A stretch of DNA of 28,531 nt from Cyanophora paradoxa CCMP329 (lineage: Eukaryota; Plantae; Glaucophyta), in contig QPMI01000253.1 in NCBI GenBank assembly GCA_004431415.1, positions 1-28,531 on the forward strand, given 5' to 3'. Below the pieces are notes generated by a model, which saw only the letters and a program-made list of their open reading frames with translations, had not been told where the DNA came from and ran no database searches. Numbering within the stretch: the first letter of the stretch is position 1; every line of letters begins with the position of its first letter. Positions 10,400 to 21,691 of the stretch are shown one piece after another. Position numbers and translations under genes: made by a program.

Positions 10400-13300
10400 G
10401 GGCCCGTCGCGCGGGAAGCTAGGTCGGCGCGGCGGACGTGAATTCTGGTTCCGGCGGCGCGGTGGACCCGACAGGTCCGGCGCGCTCGCGGGTGGGGATG
10501 GGGCCGGGACTGGCGAGCCGCGGCTCGCTCGGCGACTCGGCGCTGCTCAGCCTGGTCGGCCAACGGCGAGGGCTTGGTCGCTTGCGCGGGCCCGGGCCGT
10601 GGCGGTTGGCGTAGAGCAACTCGTCGCTGGGCGGGTCATAGCCGGCGCGCGTTCCAGCGGCGTCTCCTCTGCCGGGCGGGCACGGCGAGGGACGGGCGGT
10701 TTTGGAGCCAGGGCGTGGCCCGCGGGCATGAGAGCTTCCTCGTCGGAGGTCAGGCCCTCGGGGTAAATGATCGCGGCGGCCTCGAGTGCGTTCTGCGGGG
10801 CGAACGCCGCTGTCGGCGCTGAACCCGAGAACCACGCGCGAGTTGGCCGTGGCGGGGCCTTATAGCCCGTTTTGCGCATCGAGATGCCGTAGCGGTCCAT
10901 GATCGCCTGATGCACCGCGCGTAAGGCGGGCTCCAGGGTTTTTGGATCGACTTGCAGCATTTGCGCGGGGTTCGACAGCCAGTTGAAGACCAGCACGGTC
11001 GAGCGCGGCCCGAGTTTGTGCAGCAGGCGGCGGGCCCAGGCCGGCGCGGGCTCGCGGCTCTTTGGTGGGGCCGGAGCGGGCGGCGCGGCTGGCGCCGACG
11101 GCGCGACCGTCTGAGCAGGCGGCTCGTGGGCAACCGTCTGGACGCGGCGGATCGAGATGTACTTCTCGTCCGCCGGCACCGGCACGGCGGCACGGACCGA
11201 CGCCGGCGTATGCAAGCGGGCGGGGAGGTCGCGGGGCTCGCGGGCTTCTTGCCCACGGTGCGCCGGCGCCTCTGCGACAGTGTATACCGCGAAGAAGGGC
11301 TTCGGGTGGGCCTTTGCTTCAGCCTGCATCGCCACGCGAGCCTCGTGCTGGCGCTCGCGCTCAAGCAGGGCGCGCCAGTCTTTGGTGCGATCGAGCGTGG
11401 CCTGCAGGGCTTCGAGGTCGGCACGGGGCCCGTCTGGAAGGAGCGAGATCATCATGCCCGTCTCTCCCGGGGAGAGGCTGATCTGCATATCGATGCCGGC
11501 CCGGAGGGCGCGGCAGACGTCTTCCAGGGCTCGCCGAGCAGCCTGCTTTGCCTGGGCGAAGGCTTCGTCTGAGACCTTCGGGGCGCCACCGGGCTTGGCG
11601 CGCGTCTCGGCGTGGCTAGCGGCGGTACGGATTTGGCGCTCGACTGTTTGAAGCCAAAGCCCCAATTCCGTGACCCCTTGGCTCCGGACCCTTACGTCGC
11701 GGCAGCTCGAGCACTCGCGCACAAACTGCAGGAGGCCCACTGCTGGGACGTCGGCCTGGGGGTTGAAAGTCGTGGCGGCGGAGGCGCGCGGCGCGGCCAC
11801 TGAGGCGCGCGGCTGCTCCGGCGTCGACTGGTCTGCGCGCGGCGGCTCGGCCTGGCTCGCACGCGATGACCGCTCCTGGGCCTGAGAGATGGAGGCGCGA
11901 CCCTCCGCAGGCTTGGACGGCGCCGCCGACTGCGGACCGGCCTCGCTCTGCCCCTCAGGCCCCTCTAGAAAGGGCCGCGGGCGCTCGTCGCGTCCGCCCG
12001 TCGGCGGCTGCCCGCCCGATGGCGGCGCGGCGGTGCGGGCCGAGGACGACGCGGACTGAGCGTCCATCTGGTTCTGGAGCTTGATCAGGACCAGCGCGGT
12101 GGCCTGCTCAGCTCGCGCGGGCGCCGAGAGCGAGTCTGGCATCTCAGCGTACTGCGCCTTCCAGACCATGTCGAAGAGCTCGCGCAATGTGGGCGAGCAG
12201 CCTCGCAGGCGGGCGTCGTTCTCGTGCCGCTTGTACGCAGCGTCTACGGCACCGCGCGGCGGGTCCGGCGGGCGGCGAGAGGACTGGCTGCTGCGAGGGC
12301 TGCGGCGGTCTCGCGGCGAGGCGCGGTCGCGCGAGCCCTTCTTCGAGCTCTTGCGCCGCTTATCGTCATGGCGGGGGCTCCGGCTCGGGCTCCGATCGCG
12401 CGAGCGTGAGCGGGAGCTAGAGCGGGACGGTGTTCGGCTCCGGCGGCGTTCCCGCGAGCCTCGGCGAGGACTCCGCCTGTCGCGGGTGTCGCGAGCCGTG
12501 GACCGTCGGCTCGGCGGGCTGCGGTCGCGGCGCGGCGGCGAGCGATCACGGCGGTCCGGGGAGCGGCGGCGGGAGGCCTCGCGGTCCGGCGGTCTGGCGA
12601 AGGGCGTCGGAGCCCTCGCGATCGCGGCGTTCCATCGAACGGCGGGACGCGGCGGCGCCCGGGACGGCCGGCGGGCTCCGGGAGCGCTCGCGGCGCGTGG
12701 AGGGGCCCCGCGTCTCGCGCCTGTCTGGGGTGCGAGAGCGGCGACTGGACGGGGCTCGGCGCGGCTCGGGTGAGCGGCGCTGAGACGAGGCCCGATCAGG
12801 GGTCCGGCGGGCTTGCGACGCGCGGCTGGCCGTCTCGTCCCGGCGGCTCGAGCTTGCCTCGGCCTGGCGGCTCGAGCTGGGCGGCGGCATCAGGGTCCGA
12901 GAGGAAGTCTCAGCCGGCGGGGCTTGGTCTTGCGGGGCGCCCTCGGCGATCCGCTCGACCTTCACCTTCCCGTCCGAGATGGTGACGCGCATAGTCTTGG
13001 GGTCGTACCCCTGCTGCCGCGCGAGGAACGTATCCAGCCCGAACGGGTCGTCCGGGTCGGCCGGGTTTGTGCGGGCTGCGCCTGGCCACCGCCGCGGTCG
13101 CCGCCACGGTCACGGTGGCCTCGGCCGTCGCGACCGCGGTGCCGGCCGCCCTCTGGTGACCCTGACCGCGGCCGCCGCGGCCGACGGCCTGGCCTGCGTT
13201 GCGCGGGCTGCGCCTGCTGCGGCGCCGCCGCGGCGCGGCGGTCTGCGCGGCGGCCTGCGCCGGCGCGGGCGCCGACGTGGTGGCGGAGGGCGCCGCCTCG

Positions 13301-16300
13301 GCGGGGTCATCCGAGAGCCCGCCGACGATGGTGGAGGGCGGCTGGAACCGCACGCCCGCCCACGTCGCGCGAACCGCCCCCTCGTAGATCGGCTGGTACG
13401 GCGTGCGAACCAGGAGGCTTTCGGCTTCCTTATCGGCGACGGCCGTCGCGGTCAGACTGCGCCGGGCTGAGGGCGCGGCGCCCTTGTTCTGGACCGCGTC
13501 CCACATCATCGCCGGGCGCAGCGCCTCAACGTCCCAGTCGGGAAGTTCAGGATCGTCCGTCTCCCAGTCGATCGGACGCGCGAGGCGGATCGCGACGTTC
13601 AGATCAGCGTAGAGCGAACGGAGCATAGTCTCGAACTGAGGCCGCAGGGAATAGCCTCATCGGTAAAGATGAGCCCCAGCGGAAAGTTCCCGGGACAGTT
13701 TTCTAGCTCCTCGGCGGCGCGGGCGGCCTCAAGGTGGCGCTGTATCCCACTCTTGCCCCCGGCGCCAAGGTCATCGCCAGAGGGCCACGCGTCCTCGGCG
13801 CCGGCCATCGGGGGCGAGCCGAGCTCAAGGCGCTGGTACCCAAGGCCGTGCGGCATGTTCGCGAGGTACGCGCGGATGCCGTCCGCCAGCGCGCGGGCCT
13901 CGGACTCGGCGCACTCATCCTCGTCATAGTGCGCAGGAGGGCCCTGAAGACCTCGGCCACGTTCTGGGGCATGGCGGCGTTCAGGGCGCGCAGTTGTCCG
14001 CGCGCTGCGCGAGCAGCGGGATGCGGGGATACTGGAAGCCCTGGAGCATTGCGAGCAGGATCCGCCCACAGATCGCTGCGCGACCCTCGTGGTCCGGCAC
14101 GACCGCATTGTTCGGGCCGAACTTCCACGCGAGCGTGGGTGGCCGTCCGGATACGTCGGCCTCGCATCCGCGTCGAAGACCTTCTTGCCCTGAGGCAAGA
14201 CGTCCGACCCGCGGTCCGGCTTGGCCGTCGGCTTAGTCAGGAAGGCCTCGTGAATGAACACCATCAGACCGTCCGGCACCACACAGCGGAACGAGTTCAA
14301 CACCTTGTTGAAGTCATCCATGTGTTCGGCGACCGCCTGAGCGATCTCAGGGACGTAGTCAGCCGGGCGTTCCGACTCGACGTCCATGGCCGCAGCCGAC
14401 AGAAAGTCGTCAGCCCAGTGCTGGCTGCGGAGGTGCTTGCCCGGCGCGTGGCGCTGGAAGAAGCGCGCGTGCCAGGCCAGCGTGAAACCGATGGCCGTCG
14501 CAAGGACTTCCTCTTCCGCCGGGATCGGCGCCCAAGGGCACGTCTCCGGAGGTGAGTTCGGGAAAGGCGGCAGCTCGTAACCGAACGCGGTGACGAGCCG
14601 CGGGTTCGCGTGACTCTTCTTGGGCTGGCTAGCCAGCTGGGCGACTGTCACCGCGAGCCACAGCTTCTTGTTTTCGCGCTGGCGCGGCGCGCCCTCTGCG
14701 ACATCCTTGTCGCAGGCGGCGTTCGGCGCAGGCGTGGCCGTGCCGGTCACGAGACGAGGCGCGTAGATACGCCGCGTCTTCAGGCGACCCTCAACGTTCT
14801 CGACGCGCTTGTCAGCGAGCGGGCGCAGCAGGGCCAGCACGGCGACGTCGCGCGCGAAGCGGGTCGAGAATGGCGTCCTGGCGTCCTCCTCGTTCGGGTC
14901 GGCAATGTTACCGCCCAAGACTGAGGTGTGCAGGGTGGGGCGCTCGGGGTGCGGCATGTACGGCGGCGGGGCGTTCCGCGCGCCGCCACCTTCGTGGAAG
15001 AAGGCGGTATACAGCACCGCGAGACCTGGCCTAGGGTCGAACACACGGGCACGTGGGCAGTGCCTCGTGCGTGAGATCCCAGGCGCCCGCATACGTCGGG
15101 ACGGCAGACTGTGCGGTACGGGTCCCGACCGCGAGGTACTGCACGATGTCCAAGCTGACGCCGCAGGCAGCGTGCGGGAACGCAAGCCCTGCAGGTCGAA
15201 GAGTTCCGGGTCCTCGTCGAACGGCCGCTGAGGCGGGCCTACGAGCGAGAACCAGTTCACTATGCCGCGCGCGGCGGGGCCGACGCGCTTAAGCATAGTC
15301 GAGCACAGCTCGCCCATGTGCTGGTCCTGCAGCGCGAGCACGTCGATGTTGTACTCGTCAACGTTGCCGGCGTGCTGCCAGCGCAGGGGTAGCTGATCGC
15401 GGGCAGCGTCGCCCACTCAGTGAACCCTGGCTCATAGCATTCCAGGGGCCGGAAAAACGCGTGTTTCCGGTCCATATACTCGCGCAAGAGCTTGTAATCG
15501 TTGGCGTACGTCGGGTCCGCCAACGAGAACAACGGCCGCGGCTGCCAGTCCTTGTGCGGCTCGAACGGCACGTGGGCCGCCGCGGGGATGGCAGCCGGCG
15601 CTTCTTCCTCCTCGCCCTCTTCCTCTTCACTCTCGACATGATCAATGTCGAGAGGATCGAGGCGGGGCTCGGGCTCTGTGTCAGCGCCGTGGCTGCTCAC
15701 GAGCGCGTCGTCGAACGTGAAAGACTGCTTCGCGGCGTGACGCTCGAGGGCGTGCAAAACCCTCTCCTGGAAGGCCGCGCGCTGGGCGGTCAGGGCCAAG
15801 CCCCGGTGCGGGTCGCTCTCGGCGGCTTCCTCCTGCGCACGCGTCCCTAGCCGCAGGTGGCGGCGTAGCCAGCGGACCCCGTGCGGGAACTCTAGGCCAG
15901 CGCGGTCTGCGGATGGGACAGTTGCCCGGCCGCCTCGGCACGGAACATGGTATGAGCACGCAGGAGATGCTGCGCCCACGCCGGCGGAATGACGGCCGAG
16001 TTCGGGTTGAAGCGGCCCCGTGAGTCCACCGCGGGAGGCGCGTGGTGGGGATCGCCAACGCATAGTCAGGAAATGCTCCAACTGCTGCTCCGTCCACTCA
16101 TGCAAGTGGAACGGAAGGTCGTTGGAGTGGGGCGTGACCGGGGCACGGAGGCCCAGCGCGATCATGAAGAGCTCAAACGCGGCCGCGTTCAGCCGCGCGA
16201 GGCGGATAGTGCGCTCGGCCCTAAGTGCAACGCGTCCGCCGGCGGCACCTCGTGCGGCACCGGCGGGCCGTCGAGGCGGCTCTGAATGGGCGTGCCCTTC

Positions 16301-19300
16301 TCGCCCGTGAGGAACGCCTTGAGGTGCGGGACCCGCAGATCAGCAAGGGTGCCCTTCAGCGCCTCATAGGGGATGTTCCAGCGGCGGGCAAGTTCCGCCC
16401 GGGCCGTCATCGGCCAGTCGGCAACTTGCCTCCCTCGCAGAGCTGCGGAGGGCAATGCGGCACCGCGAGGAGGCCGTCTTCCTCCTCACCCTGCCCCGGC
16501 GGGCGCTGCGGGTTCGAGGCCCTGCGAGCCACGCCCGCGGGTGCTGACGCGCACGACCCGTCCCGCGGCCACGCTCGCCGCGACGGGCGGTCTGCCGGGG
16601 GGCCGGTGCCGTCGCGCGCGCGAGATCGAGCGGCGGCTCGCTCAGGCGGGGCTCCACAGGCGCGGGTGCAGGGCAGGCGGCGTCGGCGCGGCGGCGGGGC
16701 GCGGCGCCAGTGGGCTCGCAAGCGGCGGCCATGTCACCGCGGCATGCAAGGTCACGAGCTTCGCCGTCGGTGCAGGCGGCGGGACAGGAGCGGGCGCTGG
16801 CCGGGCGGACCGCATCGGCGCTGGCGTGTCCTTGGCGAGGGCACTTTCACGGGCGGGCGCGGCGGCGGGCAGGCCTTAGCCTCCCTGATCGTCGCGCTGA
16901 CGGCCTTCGCCGTGTAGGCGCCCGTCGTGTCCGACGCCGGCTTCGGCGTGGTGGCAGGTCGTGGAGCGGAGTGGGGTGCGGCTGCCCGCGTCCGTGCGCC
17001 ACTTCTCCACGAGCGCAATCATGTCCTTGACCGCCTCGTCATTGAAACCGGCCTGCTTCTTCAGCAGCCGCCGGAATAAAATGACGAGGTGGCCCGGTCG
17101 CCTGCCTGGGCCCCTCGATGTACCGGAGCAGCTCCGCGGCCCGGCGGAGCCGGGACCGTGCGGGCCCAGGCTGCATCGCACAGGGCGGTGAGTGGCGGCT
17201 CGGGCCGAGCTGGCTCAGCACGTAGAGCTCCTCTGGCACGATCGTGGGCAGCTGCCCGCCTCGCGTCGTGCCGTGCAGGGCAGCTGCGTGGAGCGCGTGA
17301 TCGGGCGCACGCGGCCGACCTCCACGTGCTAGGCTCCGTCCCTGCAGGTGCGGCCCATGCAGCCAGGCATTGCACAAGGGCAGGTCCGGAGGTGCAGCAC
17401 GCGGGCGGCGGCGACGCGGGGGTCCACCGGAACGCGCTCCACCGCGCAGGGCTCGCCCTCGTGCACGAACGGAAAGGCGGGGCACGGCCGTCGCGGTACG
17501 CAGTCAGGCGCTCCGCGAGCGCTGCCCTCAGCCACCCTCGGTGTCCCGATCCGAGCGGAGCCGCGCCGCCCGGGATCGAATCTCGACGGAGAGAGCGAGG
17601 ACGGCGAGCGAGTGTACAGCCGCCGTGAACTCCGAGTCCGAGGGGACGAGAAGGTCCCGTCGGCCGGGCGACGGCGCTCTTGTGGGCGTCGTGGGACGGC
17701 GCGGCCGCCAATGCAAGCCACGGCCCTCCACTGGATCGCGTGCTCGAGGGCTAGCAGGGCGAAGCCGTAGGCGTCGACCGCGAGTCACCATGAGCGGCTC
17801 GGCGAACTTAAAGAAGCGGCCGAGGATCTTCTCGACGGCGCCGGCGGTGCCCGGGGCACCGTAGTCGACGCGGTGCAGGTAATAGCCGCAACGGTCGCGG
17901 CGCACGCGAGGCGGAGGCGGTCCTGAGCCGGCAGCAGCTCGCTCAGCTCGACCAGCTGGCGGCGCCCGACACCGTCATCTCGTGCGGCTCGAGAGAGGCC
18001 GCGCGGGTGAGTGCTGGCCTATGCTCCAGTGGCGGCGGTACGGATCCAGCCAGCCGCGTGGCCACGCACTCGTCCCAAGCTTCGCGAGCTTGTGAACGTC
18101 GGGCTCGACGGCAGGGCGGCCCTCGGACGTGAGGCCTCGGCGTGCGGCCACGCGTGCCCCCGGACCACTTCGCGGCGACGCGAGAGGCCTGGTGCGTGAG
18201 GCTCATGATCTCATAATAGTGCGTCGGCCAGGCGTGGGCCAGCGTGTCCTGGGACAGCGGGTCATGCCCCAGCATCTGCAGGAACGCAGTGGGGAGGGCC
18301 CGCGAGTCGAGGTACGTGCTCTCGGTGGCGAGCGGCTGAGAGAACGCCGCAAGCAAGAAGGAGAGCGTCTGGCGGGTGCGGCCGGGCAGCGGAACGCAGT
18401 GGCATACCACTGCTCGTCCCGGACCTCGATCAGCCCCTCGCTCACAGTGCAGCCGCAGTGAGTCTCGCACGGCGCTGGGTACAGGAACGCCGCGCGGTCG
18501 AGCGGACCGACGCGGCGCCCTTCAGCTTGTGCGCGTCCACGTTCCAGAGAGGAACGGCCCCAGCTCGTGCTCGCGGCCTTCTCCGGGCGAGCTCGACAGC
18601 TCCAAAGTGAGTGAGGTCGAGGCCGAGCTAGCGGCGAGGAGGCGAGCGCGTTGAGGCGCAGGGTCTCCTTGGCCGCTACGGCCATGTCCTCGTCAGCTAG
18701 CGAGGCACCATCGTCGGTCACCTCGAGGCTCGCCACGGTCTCGGCCCCGAAGAGTACTCCAGGCAGCAGCCCACGCCGGCGCAGGGTCCGCCGGAGCCTC
18801 AGCGGCGGTGGCCTCGGGGACCGACTCGGCGGGAGCGAGCTCCGTCGCAGGCTCGGGACCCTCGCTTCTGCGTCAGCGCCCTCGACCTCCGTTGGGTCCG
18901 GGGCGGCCGCCAAGAGGAGTGCGACCTCCTCAAGGCGGCGTCCACGATGCCGGCGGCGAGCTCGCGGGGCTAGAAGTCGGCGCGGGCGTCGGCGCGGGAC
19001 CCTTCGCTTCTGCGTCAGCGCCCTCGACCTCCGTTGGGTCCGGGCGGCCGCCAAGAGAGTGCGATTTCCTCAAGGGCGGCGTCCACTGCGTCGAACGCGA
19101 CCTTCTTCTCCCCCTCGTCCAGACCCGACTCGGCGGTCGGCAATAGATCCTGCGCCGCGCGCGGGGCCGCTCTCGAGCTCGGGCCCGGGGGACAGTCGGG
19201 GCGGTTCTCCGCCGTCAGCTGCGCCACCGCGACCGTGAAGGCGGTGGCTGCGGCGGCGACCGTGTCGAGCGCGGGTCCCTCCTGGGGGTTCTTCAGCGCG

Positions 19301-19600
19301 GCGGCGTTTGCCACGGCGGCCGCGATGAAGACCCGCAGGGTGTCCTCCAGGGTCGCCTCGTCGCTGCGCACGATGCGCACACGGTACACGTGCTTCGCAC
19401 TCCGGAGCTCGGCCGGGAGGCGCAGCGACGGGCAGACCCCGTGTGGGCTAGCGGTGCCCCCAGGAGGGCGCCCGACGCTGCAGGTGCAGCGCGGACGACT
19501 GCTCAGAGGGCGCGCGCGATCTGAATCGTCGCGGGGTCGTTGGCGCCGGCCTGCCCCCTCTGCTCGGCGAGGGCGCGGCGAACGGAGGCCTGGATCTGCT
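10400..19600 (-). CDS. Large extra coding region of the retrotransposon between gag and protease, function unknown
   Basis: Chain of minus-strand ORF fragments with protein-like composition (10547-12187, 12546-12992, 12910-13626, 13599-15416, 15260-16165, 16189-16455, 17528-17905, 17943-18470, 18203-19054, 19015-19389). Several join by single-base shifts, and no AT-rich gaps or intron-like blocks were seen. Confidence 0.75.
18854..19086. repeat. Internal ~92-bp direct duplication (18854-18945 / 18995-19086)
   Basis: gggaccc(t)tcgcttctgcgtcagcgccctcgacctccgttgggtccggg...gcggcgtccac occurs twice with a 141-bp period; encodes approximately DAALEE(V/I)ALLLAAAPDPTEVEGADAE. Confidence 0.92.
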
Positions 19601-21530
19601 CTTCAACGCGGGGCAGGCCGACGCGCGGTGGCCAGGCTCCCGCAGTTGTAGCAGTTGCGTTGATGGGGCCGGTGCCCGGGGACCGGGCTCGTGCGCCCGT
19701 TCGCGCCCGGGCGGGGTAGAACCGCGCTTGGGATCGCCGGCTCCCGCGCCCATCGGCCCGCGCGCTTAGTCGGCTGATCGCCGACCACTCGGGCAAGGGC
19801 CGCGGGTTGGTCCGGCACTCAAACGAGTAGTGCGATTCGCCGCAGTGGCACGGCCGCCGGGCTTCTCGGGAGGCCCCGGGCCTTCAGAAAATCTTTGATC
19901 TTTGCTGATAGACCGGGTCATCGAGGCGAGGCGGCGGTGCGGACGCCGACGGGTAGAGCGCGCGGACTACGGCGAGGGCTCGTCCTGAGCAATGAGCTGC
20001 AGGAACAAGACGACCTCGGCGTTCTGATCCTCGCCGTCGTCTGCGTCCCACCCGTGGCCTCGAGCTCTGCGAGCTCGGCCTCCGTCACCGTCGTCGCGAA
20101 CATGATGCGCGTGCCCGCGCCGGCGCCCGCGTTCGAGCGCGAGGGGACAACGGGAACGGCCGGCGTGTGCGTGGTCGGCGGCGCGCTCTGCGGCGTGCGC
20201 GAGGCAGCCGTGGGCGCCTGCAGCGGTGTTCCGCGCGCTCCAGCACCAAGGCCGAGCCAGGGACTTTAGAGATATCGACGTCCCAGGCGCCCAGTTCATT
20301 GGTGCGCTTGGTTACAAGGTCGATGACCGCAGAGGTCCCGTGATCTCGCGTCCGCGATCTTCTGCGACAGCTCGTCGTAGATCTTCCGAGCCGTGGCGAA
20401 GTTCGTGATCATGTGCCGCGATCGGTGTCCGAAATCTCGGAGTCTTCGAAGTCGCGGCACTGATTGCGAGTGCGGCGCTTGAGCATTTGCCCGCGTGGCG
20501 CATGAGTGCCATGAGCGGCGTCTCGTGCGCTTCGCGGCACTCCGGGATGATGCTCAAGTCGAGGATCGGCGGTAGAACGCCTCCGGCGCCTCGCCACGTG
20601 CGGCAGGTCGAGGAGCGCCTTGTACCGGTCAGGGTTCCGCATCTCGCGTCATCTTCGAGACGGCGCCTGATCGCGGTGTACGTGACCGTGAGGGCGGTCC
20701 GCTGCAAGCCCTCCTCGGCTTGCGCGATCTTCTCGTCGAGCGTCTCAGGATCGCGACGTCCACGAGTCCTCCGTGCTCGTGCGCGCGCGCTCAGCCCGGT
20801 ACGCCCTCAGCTTCTCGAGCTCCGCGCGTGTCGATCTGCTCGGCGCTCTGGAACAACGAGATGTTCTGGCGCACGGGGTGCCGTGATCTAGCGTGCTGAG
20901 AAGAGCCCACCAGTTCGCTTCTGCACTTCGATGTGTGCAGTCGGCGAGACACTAAGCAAGTCCTTGCTCATGCTCGCGCAGCTCTCGAACTGGCGGAGGT
21001 GGTCTGAACCGTGCGCTGATCGCTGCCCGGCGGCAGCTTCGGCAGGCTCTGGATCCATTGCAAAACATTTGATCCGCTCATAGAGTCCATGTCGGCGGCG
21101 CCACGCGCGTGCGCGGCCCGGACGACGAACTCCGGGAGGCTCCGGCCCGAGGACATTCTCAGGTCAAGCGGCGACGTAAGTCACGCTAGTCCGTGAGAGA
21201 ATGTGCCTCGCTCGAGGTCCGAGGCCGTCGTGGTCCACAGCAGCGGCGAGCAAGCTCGGCTGCAGCGATTCTGGAGACAGCTCGGGCGCGCACGCCTCAG
21301 CCGTCGATCCGATCGCTCTTCGTCTTGTCCAGCACGATCGCAGCAGCCGGAGAAGGCTGCGTCGCGGCGAGTGACTGGCGACCGACCGGGAATAGCACCC
21401 TCGGGCTCGCACGGCAGCTCGCGCAGGCGGCGTCGACGAATCCGCCGGAATAGCACCCTCGGGTATTCGCGCGCGGGCCTGGCTTCCACGGGACTAAGTT
21501 CTGGTTCTTTCCAGAATGTTCGGTCGCCAA
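19500..21530 (-). CDS. Gag-like region with CCHC zinc knuckle(s)
   Basis: CYNCG(EP/SL)GHRASACP (C-x2-C-x4-H-x4-C once one missing base is restored, 19613-19653) and CHCGESHYSFEC (19815-19850); helical upstream segments (TLDEKIAQAEEGLQR). Start codon not resolved. Confidence 0.7.
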
Positions 21531-21679
21531 CTGCGGATCAGCCCGGAGCGGCGCAGGCGGGGCGCGAGAAGCGACCCACGACCTCTACCGAGGTCTACCT
21601 GCGCGCGGCTGAGCCGCGGTCGCCGAGCTGGGTCGGTTGCTGATGACGGTCGCTGATGATCGGGGTTCTAGCTCCGTGA

Positions 21680-21691
21680 GCCGATGGCGCC
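21680..21691 (-). other. Candidate primer-binding site
   Basis: Minus strand reads GGCGCCATCGGC immediately after the 5' LTR. It resembles (T)GG-C + 7-nt stem + GC of tRNA-Ser-type PBSs, but the initial T is absent. Confidence 0.4.

Noticed and set aside
10400-19600. Nested second transposon or captured host gene cluster
   Set aside because: No internal LTR/TIR, second RT or transposase, AT-rich gaps or host-type introns were seen. Not fully excludable without sibling copies.
9767-20900. Long plus-strand ORFs within the element (e.g. 9767-10354, 12081-12773, 12813-13628, 13734-14555)
   Set aside because: Antisense shadows of GC-rich minus-strand coding sequence; no independent motifs.
21661-21691. 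tRNA gene
   Set aside because: Only a loose T-arm/acceptor resemblance with wrong spacing; no full cloverleaf.
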